Shown here piece by piece: positions 49,401 to 63,101 of a stretch of 64,000 nucleotides of DNA (within the stretch, counting starts at the first letter, position 1; the number at the start of each line of letters is the position of its first letter). The DNA lies in contig JAWMAR010000065.1 in the NCBI GenBank assembly GCA_036785375.1, positions 4,960,001 to 5,024,000 of the forward strand, read 5' to 3'. Origin of the DNA: Leucoraja ocellata. Lineage: Eukaryota. The position numbers and the translations under genes are program-made. Under the pieces are notes generated by a model. The model was not told the DNA's origin. It searched no databases and saw nothing but the letters and a program-made list of their open reading frames with translations.

Positions 49401-52400
49401 ACAGCAGTGCAAGGGGTTGGGAGGGGGAATTGAAAAGATGAGATTAAGAATCTTCGCAAATGTTCCATTTTTCGTTATCGACTGCAGCCTGGCATGAGGT
49501 GTCAATTTTCGGCTCTAAAGAGAGGACACAAATTCGCAGCGGTCCCATTATGCGGTCTCTTCGCTCATTGTATATTCCGTCAACGAAGTCAATCTTATTA
49601 ACTTCCGCTCTGGTTCACACATGACATTTTCTTCAATTTTCTTGCCAACATCAAAAACATCAATTAGCAGCTAGAAAATAGGAAGGAATAAATGACAGGG
49701 CCCGATAACGTCAACTATTTGAAACAGAGGGTAAATCTATTCTGCAGTACTGAATGCATTCATTACCAATTCATTTTCAAAGGAGACTTCCAAATAGCAA
49801 AGAATATTAAATTTATCATCCAGAAATGTCCAGAAATTGTTGGTTTTTTAAAAATCCTATATCTATTGTGCCATTTTCAAATACAACATGCAGAAACATG
49901 CCCAGTTTCAGCATCAGCTATGCAACTTGGAGAAAAGTTGAATTTGGTGAGTTCAGCTGTATTCAGAATGTATTAGCTTGTATGTAGAAACATGAAATAA
50001 ATGCCACCATTCTGATTTATGGCAATATTTCGGCACTTTATTGGCCTAACTTTTCTAAATTTAAGTTACAAGATCACTTCATCCATCAAAAACAAGGCAG
50101 AAATTATAAACGTTTTGTTCAGGAGACCATTTCACTGGGTAACTGGCTTTATCTAAAACAGTAATGCGGAAAACCTTGTTTTACAATACCCACGCATAAG
50201 CTATGTCTGTTGATATGCCTGCTTTATGAGAAGGCTTTCTTGGTTGCATTTCATCTCCTCGGGACTGAATAAAAGAAAATTTAGTGGCTGCTGAAGACCA
50301 TTGCTCGGAATTAATGTGAACAGAAAAGAGCAGCTACACCAAATAAACAGATCACTTTCCTCTGGCCATTGATTTCTTGATCTTTTGACATTATTTACGA
50401 GCTTCCTATTCTCTTTCCTGTCTTTTTTCCAATGTCACAAAGGAAAAATGTCTAAACAGCTGATGGCAGGATTATCAATTAGCTGTCAAGATTCTGCTTT
50501 CCAGCACTGAACAATACCTGCCATAATGCCAAAGATCGGTAATACTGCGAGACACATCTAATACAGAGCTCTCTCCACACTGACTGGGATAGCAGAGTAG
50601 CAAGTCGTGAATGAAATTTGTGTCTCGATCTTTGCTACAAATATATTGATTTATCTGGCCGTAACCAAATACATATTGTAAATTATAATTAAGAATTTAT
50701 ATTTAATATCAGATAACATTGACTTACAAATACACATTTTTCAGCTCAAAATATAGGGCAATAGCAGAAAGGGTGCTCGATTCCAACCGCAAAAGCTCTT
50801 GTAAACACATTCCATTGGTATTGTATTCATTTCTTTTAGTGCATGCTAGAACCTAGCCTTGGTATTCCTTGCTATTTTGTTTGTATTAGAGGTGGGAGCA
50901 TAATACAGTAACATGAGGATGGCTGTACTCATTCCACCAACTGTGGTAGATATTTCCACATGAAACATAGATCTGCTTTTAAAGACTGGCAAGCTGTGTA
51001 ATTGAGTGTCAGGCAAAAACAATTTATTCAATGTTTTAAAGAAATTCAAGACAACTTCCTCTACAGCGTTAGTGCTAATTTAATAAATTATTTGAAAAGA
51101 CCCAATCATTTCTACTAAATGTTACTCAATGCGCCCCAGAGTTAAAATTTCATTTGTAGAAGTATCTATAATTACAAGAGATAAAAGCCAATTAAGTCAT
51201 TACAATAGTTTGCATTAACACAAAAAACATCTACTGACAGAAATCATTGCAAAGGATGAGTGTAAAAGTAGATCTTCACTTAAATAAAATACTTAAAAAT
51301 CATTCCAATTTATTCAACATGTTACTTCCAGTTTGGAAAATCTTGCAATAGAATTCAGCAATTCTTATTAACTGATAGAACAGGCATCTGTGTTCTGTGA
51401 AAAGCAAAAAAAAAAATCACTGCTCAAAGTAGCTCAAGTGGATGATATTTGGAGGTTCTGTCATATTTAAAAACTAATACCACTGGATAATTTATTCTAT
51501 GTTTTATTACTGTCTGAACATTCTATGGTCCCTTAAAAATAAAATTAGCATGCTCCAGATAAAGAGGCTAAAGGAGTTACAAGTACTTTCAAACATTGCC
51601 TTAGAACATCCGGGACAATAATCAGCCTGAATATATTTGGGGCAGGAAGAGAGAAAGAATCTTCAAAGATTTTCCAATACTTTAACATACAGCAATCTTT
51701 GCTAAAAATATTCGTAATCTGCTGAACCTTGCAGCCGAACCACCGCTGTACAGAATTCTAAAATATTAACACAACCCTGCTATAAAGCACCAAACAGCAA
51801 CATTCAAGTTCCTATTTTCATTTGCTTGCTTTAAGTTAAAAATGTGAAGGCTTCTGAACCTGTTTGGGCGAAGTTATATATCCAATATGCTGCACCAGAG
51901 TTTTTTGTTACTAAATTTTCATACAATTTACACCAGTATTCGGAATAATGAGACCAATTTTTTTTAAATTGTTGTGTAAATACCAATTTGTTCATTGACC
52001 AGAACCAGCAAACAGTAACCACAAGCTGCTGATTACCAGTATTTGCGGTTGTGGTTCTGCATCATGCTCTGTCCTTGAAGCTGATGCCGCACACGAATCC
52101 ATTAAGCGAGTGTGTTGGTGCTCTTGATCTATTATTTACAAAGAAAACCCTCCCCTTGCTTAAGTGGCCCCTACACTTCAGCCTTCATTACAAGATCATT
52201 TTTATACTTGTAAAAACCCCAAACACAGTTTAATCAGACTGATAGCACCTACACTCTGCCCAATCTTGCTGCCTGAGATTTTAGAAAACTAGCATTACAA
52301 TATTATTCCACGCAATGTTATACTTTTAATATCTAAAATTAAATACAATCGATCAATGGAGACCGTATGCCACTTGGCCCTTTTGATACAAGATTTAGCA

Positions 52401-52456
52401 GTGCATTAATCCATACATTTTTTTAGTTTATATGACTGCATTGCAGGTTATGAACA

Positions 52457-52493
52457 ATATACATATATATATATACACATATATATATATATA
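52457..52493. repeat. (TA)n microsatellite, imperfect
   Basis: atatacatatatatatatacacatatatatatatata. Confidence 0.9.
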
Positions 52494-54829
52494 AAATTAA
52501 AAACCATTCTGGGTTTTTAACATTTGTACAGTGTGCAGAAACATTTTAAAGGAAATTACAGAACAAATTAATGGAATGCTTTTTTGAGTCCAATGTCTGA
52601 AAAACATTATTTTGCACACCACTGTTAAACTTATTGATACGATATTTTATGTTTCATTATTTGCATTCAAACCTGCGAGGCAAATTAAATGCACGACGAG
52701 TTCTTGTATTAATTGTATCTCTTCCCCAGCAAATCACAAGTATATTGTGAAGTACAAGATGTGATAAGCTACAGAACCGCAGACTAATCACCCGTGCACT
52801 ATTTTCTCCTTAATCATTCCACTTTTCTTAATATTATACATAAATTACATAATTTTATTGAGCTGTTGTATTATTTGTTGTGAAGAAAACAACAGTGAAA
52901 TACACATGATTTTGCTGATTAATCTATACCACTATAATATTATGGTTTGCATACTTGTGAAATCCCTAAAGTACATAAGGCATTTAGGCAGCTTGTCTTA
53001 ATCATTTTGGCATTTAAAAAGCAATTATTAATTCAATTTGTCTTTATTACAGCTACCAGAGGCTGATGGATAACCATCACTAGATATGCTAGAGCGCTGC
53101 ATGACAGAGAATAGTAGAACAATGCAATATTATAAATAGTGTTGTTAAATAACGGCTAACATTGTACACCTGAGATTCCCTTTCAGGTGCACAGCATTAC
53201 CTAGGGCATGGTTGGTCGAAGCACAAATGTAAAAAAACTGCAATACTATCCATTTAGGCCAATATGCCCGTTTTGGAACGCAGTAAACAAACCACACACT
53301 GCACAAAGCATATTTAAGCAAGAGTCACTATCCGCCTCCCTAAACAAATACGTCAGTTTACAAAATACGCTTCTAAAGCAATATGAAATAAAAATCTTTT
53401 CCATGTGATTGCTTTTAAGAGATTTGGCCAAATGGTCAAATAGCCTCCCTCCTGTGGTGTAATGATTTTGTAATTCCAGCCAAGATAGCGTCAATTTTGG
53501 TAGCCCGCTAATCACCACTAGCTTCAATATGTCATTCTGACCAATGCAACTGAATCGGTAAGGTTGAAAGTAACCAAGCTTCCAAAATCTGTAACAATGC
53601 AGCAAACCTCATACTTGATAGCCGTGGCTACTGTGAATTCCCATTTTTATTTGTTAAATTTATACAATCAGAAGGCATTAGTTTGTCTCTTCAAACCACC
53701 CACATTATGTCCAAATATATGTCGATACTTGAGATCTTGCTGAATAGTTTCCACCATTGTTACCGGTAGGTTATTAGAGGACCTAATACAAGGTGCCTGC
53801 TCATCTTTGAAGACAATCCAAAGTTTTCTTGTTTTTTAGTATTTTATAAAAGACAGATTTGCACAATGTGCACATTTTTTTTAATCTTTCATCTGTAAAC
53901 CCCCTCCCCCCCCCCCCCCCAGTTCCTTTATATAATTTTCTATTTAAGGTGCAGAGACTGCATTTTTTTAAATAAGGTTTATAATATAAAGTAGCTCACC
54001 CCATCATTATTCTTCAAATTTCATCTGCACTCACTGTGTCTCTGACAACTCTCACAAACAAATGTGGTTGAAAACAAATGTGGTTAAAACACTTCAGGTT
54101 TTTTCCCCCCATATCATATTATTATCCATAATTAAGATCAATCACACCAAAACGGTCACAAACTAAGTTTCCGTATATTCTATCCCCGATAAACTAACAT
54201 CACCCAGATTGGACCTTCCATCAATCAGCATGATTGAATTACAACAAAAGGTAAACCATGATAACTATCACCTGACAGCAACAATCAGTGACCTTTGTGA
54301 ATGCGTGATTAACACTGGCAGGCAACTAGAGTATCTGTGAACCCTCCTCGGACATCCCTAAAAATGAACAACTTCGGTCAACTTCTAGAAATCAATTGGA
54401 AGTGGGAAATCTGGGTAAATCCTGTCTCCCATGATTGAGCATTGGGAAGCACCCTGATTAATTTAGCCTAAATCCAGAATCAGTTGGAAGACTAGCAACT
54501 GAATATGTTTCTGCATCATGGTACACTTGTGCACAGATCCATTTAGTAGCTTTAGATGCTAATGGTGATTCCTTTTAATTATCATATAAAACATATTGTT
54601 CAGTGTAAACGAATGGTTACATTACAATGTTTAGTGTTATATCGTGAAAATGGACCAGGCAACATCCACATTACACCTGTAACATAAGAGATGACCCATC
54701 AGATCCACGCAGGCTTTCAGGGGAGCAATTGCATTCATCCCATTGTCCCCTCTCCTATATGCCTGCAACCCCTGCAATATATTTTCATTCACATATGCCC
54801 CTCAACTAAACTTTGTTTCATTTTGCCTG

Positions 54830-55005
54830 CAAAAAGGGATAATTTGCAGGAGCCAATTAATCTTGCAGTATGTCTCTGGGATTTGCGAATGAAGTAGAGC
54901 ACTAGGGGGGAAACTCACATGCTCAAGAAAAGAATGTGCAAAAATAGCACCCAAGTCACGACTGAGCCAGAGTCCTTGGAGCTGTGAAGCCGTACCAGTA
55001 ACCAA
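54830..55005 (-). mobile_element. Degenerate V-SINE
   Basis: agccaattaatc...ggggaaactcacatg...agaatgtgcaaa resembles 60645-60800. Confidence 0.55.
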
Positions 55006-55907
55006 CTATCCACATGGAGAAACAGATTTAACTCGCTCATAAGAAAATATCCTTGAACTGAAACATTAACTTGCATTTTCTCTGCGCATATGACACCCAA
55101 CTAGTTAATATTTCCAGCATTATTTTATTTCAGCTTTTCAGCATCCACAATGTTTTAATTTTGTAAAAATCCAGCTGCTTTAATTTCAGGGTTAAAAGAC
55201 CTAAGGAGTACGGTGGGCGGAAAATATGATCAAGTATGATCCACCAAGACCTTATCTTAGTGAGCAAAGTAATGAAGAAAAAAAACATCTTCAGAGAACA
55301 TTTTCAAGCAAATCAGTCTATATACCATTACAATTAATACTTTCATAAATGGGATTCTTCCCAAATCAAATGTTAAGTTTGAAGAAACAAATATATTTTG
55401 ATGAACCAATTCATTATTCTGAATCAATACAAGGGAATCATTCAGGATAAAATTAGGATGAAATATAGTCCAATTTGTTTAAATATAGCAAAGATTCAAA
55501 TCCATTTTTGAGATACGATAAATTGAAATTAAAGCATATAGAACAAAAGTGTTTTAGGAGCATAAGAGAAAAGCTTCAATTCAGAGATGTGAAAAAGATG
55601 TTGTAAAGCTGAAAAACCGGAAATACATAACCCACCACCAGTTGAAAGCAAAACCCATGCTATAATTGTCATTAAGAGGCGATAGCCAAAATGTCATTTT
55701 TCCCTTTCAGATGCTGATTTATCTGCAATGTACTTTTAGCCCCTTTTATATGCTGCAAAGACAAACTAATTGTGAACAATAATGAGTGGGGCAGAGAAAG
55801 ATAAAAATTCTCTGAAGCAATTCACATTTATTTATAACCCCGTTACCATAAATGTTTTTTCCCCTCTTAAGTACATTAATTGTCTCAAGGGATAAACTGC
55901 TGATTTA

Positions 55908-55957
55908 ATATATATATATATGTATATATATACACATATATACATATACACACACAC
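55908..55957. repeat. (TA)n/(CA)n compound microsatellite
   Basis: Direct reading of the sequence. Confidence 0.9.
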
Positions 55958-57658
55958 TGCCTGCACACCTTTTGTCTTTCACAGTGGAAGTATTTTATGA
56001 TTTATGAAGACTCAAGTATTTAAAATCAAGGGAAGGATATGCTCAAAAACCATAAAATCTTCACGCTTCATAACAGGTTTGACCATTTACTGCTTAATAC
56101 AATCATAGGAGACAAACTGCCATTATCAGTCTCCGCTTGGAGTTAATCAACCGTTCAGCCTAGCTGGTTCATTCTGTAATATATGGAATGTAACGCAGTG
56201 CACTTAATACCATGCTGCAGTTACATGGCAATTCTCAGCCTGATGATGCCCAAAGGGGGCAATTACCTTCAATTGTAAACAGTAATTTTATTATGGAGTT
56301 TTCATCCATCACACCACATGAGAAACTGGAAATACTCACTTCGCACAAATAATGTATAATTTTCTACTTCCCCTATAATGTTTGATTATATACAAATGTA
56401 AAGAAAAGGTCCACATGGTGTGATAATGGGTATACAAATTCTGCAGAGAAGCATTACCAATCCCCTTCAAAGATCACAGGATTTACTTTAACAGAACTGA
56501 AGTGTTTAAAAATTAAGGTTGCTTTCAAATGAATTGGAAAGTGAGTAATTGTTCAGAAAATAGAGAACATCTTTTGGCGAGATGTCCTTTAATGAACACT
56601 TTTGTGCTCTGCACCAATTACGGTTTTAGAAGGAGCTGATTATATAACACGTGCATGATAGTGAACACAGGCAGGGAAAAGAAATTTGGAACTTTTTCAT
56701 AACAATCTAAATTGCATTTGTCTTGCTAGCAAGGTCAGCCTACCCAGTTCAGTGGCAGTTTGCTCCCGGGATAATTACTGCTACATCTTTTCTATGGGTT
56801 GAAACATCTTGGGAGATTATTCAAATAAGTCAGCCGCTGCTTCAAGAATTGCACATTGCATTTAGTTTTTTTTTTGTACACCAATTGATCCAGAATCAAT
56901 TGGTTTGCATAGAGTTAACTTCAAATTAGTGACAAGTGGATAACCCGAATTCAGAGAATAGGACAAATCTTTCAGATGCAAACCTATATCTCTAGCCTCC
57001 ATCTTCCTGTGCTCACATCTCCCTACTACTTCCATCTGCTAATGCAAATGAGCCTGGTTGCACCCAACATCAGGTGAAAATGGAATGGGCATAACTGACA
57101 TTTCACAGCTAACCTTAGCTACTCTTAAATGCAAAGTATACACTTCCCGCAAAAAAAGACACAAAGTGCAGAAGTAACTCAACGGGTCAGGAAGCATCTC
57201 TGGGGAACATGGAAAGGTGACGTTTCAGGTCAGGACAATTCTCACACTTGCCCATCCTAAAAGGAACAAGTCAGATTTCAAGGTATCAGCCACAAAGTTC
57301 CTAAAACTGGGCAGCCATTACCAGAAAGTAGCAAACCATGGATACAGTATAAAGATCTCAGAGATTACTGCAAGGTTTCTCCATCAGCTTATCAAAATGT
57401 TCAGTTGAATATCAGTCATTTTGCATGGGAGTTGGAATTCAAAAAACACAAAGTAACAGTAATCCGTGGTAATCTTGGTCAACTAAATTAAAGTGTTCTA
57501 TTTTGTGTATCAGACCTCAGAATTGTTAAGCTGCTCTTGATAGGGGTACAGTAATAGAGGCATACCACAACTTATACGTTCTGGCATATTAACGAATGGT
57601 GGGCACTTGGCTCCTTTCCCTGAGCTCAAAGGGTAATGGAAATGTGATGCTTGACATG

Positions 57659-58845
57659 CAGTGCCCTCCATAATGTTTGGGACAAAGACCCATCATTTAT
57701 TTATTTGCCTCTGTTCTCCACAATTTGAGATTTGTAATAGAAAAAAAATCACGTTGGTTAAAGTACACATTGTCAATTTTTAATAAAGGCCATTTTTATA
57801 CATTTTGGTTTCACCATGTAGAAATTACAGCAGTGTTTATACGTAGTCACCCCATTTCATGGCACCATAATGTTTGGGACACAGCAATGTAATGTAAATG
57901 AAAGTAGTCATGTTTAGTATTTATTGTACATCCTTTGCATGCAATGACTGTTTGAAGTCTGCCGTTCATGGACATCACCAGTTACTGGGTGTCTTCTCTG
58001 GTGATGCTCTACCAGGCCTGTATTGCAGCCATCTTTAGCTTATGCTTGTTTTGGGGGCTAGTCCCCTCCGTTTTCTCTTCAGCATTTAGAAGGCATGCTC
58101 AATTGGGTTCAGATCGGGTGATTGACTTGACCACTCAAGAATTTACTATTTTTTAGCTTTGAAAAACTCCTTTGTTGCTTTTGCAGTATGTTTGGGATCT
58201 TTGTCTTGCTGTGGAATGAACCACAGGCCAATGAGTTTTGAGGCATTTGTTTGAATTGGAGCAGATAGGATGTGTCTATACATTTCAGAATTCATTATGC
58301 TACTACCATCAGCAGTTGTAGCATCAATGACGATAAGTGAGCCAGTACCTTCAGCTGCCATATATTCCCAGGCCATAACACCCTCACCACAGTGTTTCGC
58401 AGAGGTGGGGGAATGCTTCGGATCTTGGGCAGTTACTTCTCTCCTCCATACTTTACTCTTGCCATCACTCTGATACAAGTTAATCTTTGTCTAATTTGTC
58501 TACGACCTTTTTCCAGAACTGTGATTGCTATTTTAAGTACTTCTTGGCAAACTGTAACCTGGCCATCCTATTTTTTTTGGCTAACCAGTGGTTTGCATCT
58601 TGCAGTGTAGCCTCTGTATTTCTGTTCATGAAGTCTTCTGCGGACAGTGGTCATTGACAAATCCACACGTGACTCCTTAAGAGTGTTTTTGATCTGTCGG
58701 ACAGCTGTTTTGGGATTTTTCTTTATTATAGAGAGAATTCTTCTGTCATCAGCTGTGGAGGTCTTCCAGTCACTTTGCGATTAGTAAGCTCACCAGTGCT
58801 CTCTTTCATCTTAATGATGTTCCAAACAGTTGATTTTGGTAAGCC
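57659..58845 (-). mobile_element. Second copy of the same Tc1 element, inverted and 5'-truncated
   Basis: Right TIR starts CAGTG at 57659; ORF 58146..58478 (QDPKH...VMAW...QQDKDPKHTAK); similarity to copy 1 ends near 58845. Confidence 0.93.
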
Positions 58846-58869
58846 CAATGTGGAGTAATAAGGAGATCA

Positions 58870-60340
58870 GATGCGATTAGACGGTTTGGTTTGGTTCATT
58901 ATTATTGTTACATGGGGTAAAAAACTGTTTTGTGTACTATCCAGGCAAATCATACCATGTACAAGTACACCAGGTGGTTTAAATGAGAAAATAAACAGAG
59001 TGCATTGCGACAGAGAAAGTGCAATTTTTTTCTTTAATGCAATGGCCACAGCAAGGTAAATTGGAATATCAGAAATTCACCCTTAGCAAATGAGATTCCT
59101 ATTCAACAGCGGGGAAGAAGCTGTTCTTGAATCCGACGGTGTATGCTTTCAACCTTCTGTATCTTCGGCCCAACTGTAGAGGAGAGAATAAAGAATGAGT
59201 GCGGTGCGAATGCTTTTTGGTTGGGTTGGCTTTTTTCCCCCATTGCAGATTACAGATGGAGTCGATAGGTAGCAGAAATGGTGGGGCAATACTGGTTTCC
59301 GTGATGAAATGGGCTGCATTCACAACTCTCTGCAGTTTCTCGCTGTCTTGGGCAGGGCAATTGCCATACCAAGCTGTGATGCATCTGCATCAGATGCTCT
59401 CTATGGTGCATCTGTAGAAATTTAGAAGAGTCATTACAGACGTGTTGTCTGAGGAAGTAAAGGCATTGATGCGTGTTCTTGGCCATAGTTTCAATGTGGT
59501 TGGACAAGAACAAATTGTTTGTGATATTTACACCAAGGAACTTGAAGCTCGCAATCATGTCAACTTCATCATCACTGACTACAGTCCATTGCAATAATCA
59601 ATAAATAGAAGTCTGACTTAGGTCCCCTTGTTATCCAGATATTCAAGAAATGAGCATAGGACCAGAGATGGCTTTGCCATGGTCAGTTGTGACAAGATAA
59701 ACTGCAGTGGATCAAGGTTGCCTAGAAGCGCCATGTGTTCTATGGCCATCGTCTCAAAGATCATCGTCTTCGTGATGGTTGATGTCAGAGCTACCGTATG
59801 ATGATTTTAAGGCAGGCCACCTTGTTTTTCTTTAGGACCAGGATGATAAAGCAGCTGGGAACCCCAGGTTGCGATAGGAAGAGGTTAATGATGTTCACAA
59901 ATACTATTGCAAGCTGGTCTTTGCCGGATCCGACAACACAGCCAGGCGGGTCAATCTCCATGGGTTGCTCTCAGGAAGTCCAATCTGACATCTGCAACAG
60001 TGACCATGGGTATAGGTGCACCAGAGACTGTCAGGGTGGATGTCATCATTCCACTGACCTTCTGTTTAAAATGTGCATAACATGCATTGAGCTCATTGGG
60101 GAGGGATGTGGTGTTGCCAGCGATTCTGCCAGACTTCGGTTTGTGATTATGGCATGTGAACGTTGCCACAATTGATGGGTGTCTGTGTGGTTGGTCTGGA
60201 ATTGTCTCTTGGCAATCCTCAAGGCCTTATGAAGGCTATACCTAGATTTTGTATACAGGTTGGAATCATCGGACTTGAACACCCCAGACTTGGTCTTCAC
60301 TATGGAGTGGGTCTCGTGGTCAATCCATGATTTCTGGTTG
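58870..60340 (-). mobile_element. Rex1/Babar-like LINE remnant with internal deletions
   Basis: Peptide fragments SRYSLHKALRIAKRQ, SLPNELNACYAHF, SFKFLGVNITNNL and GRRYRRLKAYTVGFKNSFFP, typical of Rex/Babar ORFs; boundaries approximate. Confidence 0.75.
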
Positions 60341-60388
60341 GAGAACTCTCAGATTTATGTCATTGGCACACGGCAAGGGACGCTCAAT

Positions 60389-60481
60389 CTGAAGAAGAGT
60401 CTCGACCCGAAACGTCACCCATTCCTGCTCTCCAGAGATGCTGCCTGTCCCATTTAGTTACTCCAGCATTTTGTGTCTACC
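60389..60481 (+). mobile_element. Short Penelope-type element with hammerhead-like core
   Basis: CTGAAGA-agagtctcgaccc-GAAACGTC followed by family arm agagatgctgcc...actccagcattttgtgtc. Confidence 0.75.
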
Positions 60482-60629
60482 TGACGAATGGCATTGGTCC
60501 ATTTCTAAGTCCAACCAGAGCATGACTTGATGTGGGTGGCTTAGAGTTAGGTTTCCCTCATACTTACCAATAACCTTCTGAACCTTCTGAATTTTGTAGT
60601 CGCCAACTTGGACCCTTTTACATTTTTAT

Positions 60630-60836
60630 CAAGCCAATTAAACAAGCCAATTAACCTACAAACCTGTACGTCTTTGGAGTGCAGGAGGAAACCGAAGATC
60701 TCGGAGAAAACCCACGCAGATCACGGGGAGAACGTACAAACTCCATACAGACAGCACCCATAGTCGGGATCGAACCCGGGTCTCTGGCGCTGCATTCTAC
60801 TGTAAGGCAGCAACTCTACCGCTGTGCCACCGTGAC
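60630..60836 (-). mobile_element. HE1-like V-SINE, 5' part
   Basis: Reverse-complement match to the 20657-20840 head and V-domain (gggttcgatccc, ggtttcctcc). Confidence 0.85.
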
Positions 60837-61018
60837 TGCAATAAAAATGAAGCAGTAATGATATTGACTCCAGGAAATCAAATGCTTTCCATCATAGACG
60901 GATGGTTATTTATACCGAAGGAAGCCATTTGGCTTGTCCAGTCTATATTGGGATTTTGCAAAATATAATCCAATTAATCTCATTCCCATAAAATCTTATT
61001 CACATAGATGATGTTTCT

Positions 61019-61113
61019 TAGGTACACAAAAATGCTGGAGAAACTCAGCGGGTGCAGCAGCATCTATGGAGCGAAGGAAATGGGCAACGTTTCGGGCCGA
61101 AACCCTTCTTCAG
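61019..61113 (-). mobile_element. Short Penelope-type element with hammerhead-like core
   Basis: Minus strand reads CTGAAGA-a-GGGT-TTCG-GCCC-GAAACGTT followed by the family arm. Confidence 0.75.
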
Positions 61114-62514
61114 TGTAAGCTTCCATGGCTCTAATTTTAGCCTAGTCTTGCCCAGCTAGAATAGACATCCAATTAGCTGGAGTTGGCCTGGTGCAAAGAC
61201 TAAGTAAGATCCGTACCCAAGTCTTAAAATCCTGGGTGTGCTGATAAATGACAATAGACAATGCTGGAAATATTCATGTGAGGAAACACCTAAGAAAAGA
61301 GAAGCAACATTAATCTTCAGGCCAATTATCTTTTATTCAAAGGCCATCAGCCTCAAGAATAGACTGCATTTCCCTCACCACAGATGCTGGCTGGCTTGCT
61401 GACTTTCTTTTAAGGCATTTTCTGATTTTCAGCATCTGCAGTTTGTGGCTTCTCAGGATAAAGACATTTTGGATCAAGATAAAGAATGAAGTTGCAATAT
61501 ATCCTTATAGTGGCCTTCGAGTAAACGTTTATATTCTATTGCAGGTTAACAGACAATTTTCTTACTTACCATAATGCTTGCATTTGCTACCGATTCCCAC
61601 TATGCAAAGCAAGTTGCAACATTATTTGTAAGCCTATTATCATCTTCTCATATGCTTGGATTTTGACTATCCAGTGCCCAATTATCTGAAGGTTATGGAT
61701 TTGATTAGCACTAATAATTTATGAATATTTTACATACTGAAGCTACCACTGTTCTTATTCCTGCAGAGAAAAATTGAACTTGATCTCCACCTCTTCTCAC
61801 TAAGCAATGCAAAAAGGTGGGTAAATTGGTACAAGAATAGCCTGAGTTAGCCTGGGGCTCTTTGGGGAGTGGTTGGGAATGTAGTTCAAGCTGATAATGA
61901 GATAAATGTATCCTCCATCTCTAATCCTTCCAAGTAAAATAGTTTGTTCATATCCTAGCTTCCAGTATGCCAAACCCATTGTTTAATGAGACTTTTCCTC
62001 AGAAATCACTACTTTTAACCTAACACAAATTGATGACTTCAGTTGAAGGGGGAACATGGATAGCAAGCACAGATATCCAGTGAATGATATAAGCACTTTT
62101 CTGCAGTGGAGGCCAAGATTATGAGAGGACTATACAAGGGGAGATTTGCTTTGTGTATAATCTGTGCAATGCTTAATGTGCGAGTGATTCATGTATAACA
62201 CTGAGTGGAAAACATGGAATAATTCTGCTGTTCTCCACTTTATATTCACGTCTGATGCATATCGCTTATTTTGTAAGAAAGGTCACTGCACTCAAATGAA
62301 CTAGGTTTAGACAAAGACGCCTTTGTACTGCCTGACCCATTTATGAGGCTGATCTTAACCAGTCAAATGAACCATATATTCTGACTTTACAACAGTAATC
62401 ATTTCTGAGGCTCGCAATGAGGCTACCAGTTGGTTTGGAATGGGGGCGGGAGTGGGGTTAACAGCACAAGTACACCAAGAATCAGAATGGAACTGAAAAA
62501 CCAAGTTAAAATTA

Positions 62515-62637
62515 ATGTGTACGAAGGAACTGCGGATGCTGGTTTACATTGAAGATATAAACAAAATGCTGGAGTAACTCAGGGGGACAGGCAGAATCTC
62601 TGGATAGAAGGAATGGGTGATGTTTAGGGTCGAGACT
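62515..62637 (-). mobile_element. Short Penelope-type element, truncated
   Basis: aaggaactgcggatgctgg...aaaatgctggagtaactcag...gggtgatgtttagggtcgagac. Confidence 0.7.
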
Positions 62638-63101
62638 GGGGGATTAATATGGAAGAGCAAGAATGGCAAGAATCACTAAATTCAGTAGGCATGTGTGTCA
62701 CACGGTGTAAATAATTTCCAGCTATGCCAAGATCCTTGCCATGCCATATGTACTGCTCACATGTTTGTAAAAGATACTCAAGTACTGACATGAACCGGTA
62801 CACGTAGATTTTTAATTGGAACCATGACTAATCTGAAGAATACAAGGTAGCCCTGTGTTACCGTGAAATTCAGCTCCATTTATTGGTCAGACTCCAGCAT
62901 GGGGATGTAATAAGAGTAACCAAGTGAAATGGCAACAATTCAGGATGGTAAAAATTCCTTAAAAACACATCTTAACGGTAGACCAAGCACTCATTATTAC
63001 AACACTGCAATGAGAATATAGAATTTGCAATTAATATTTGCACAGCCATGTTCTGATCTTATCTGAAGGGCAAACTTACAAAATTAATTCAACTTTAGGT
63101 A

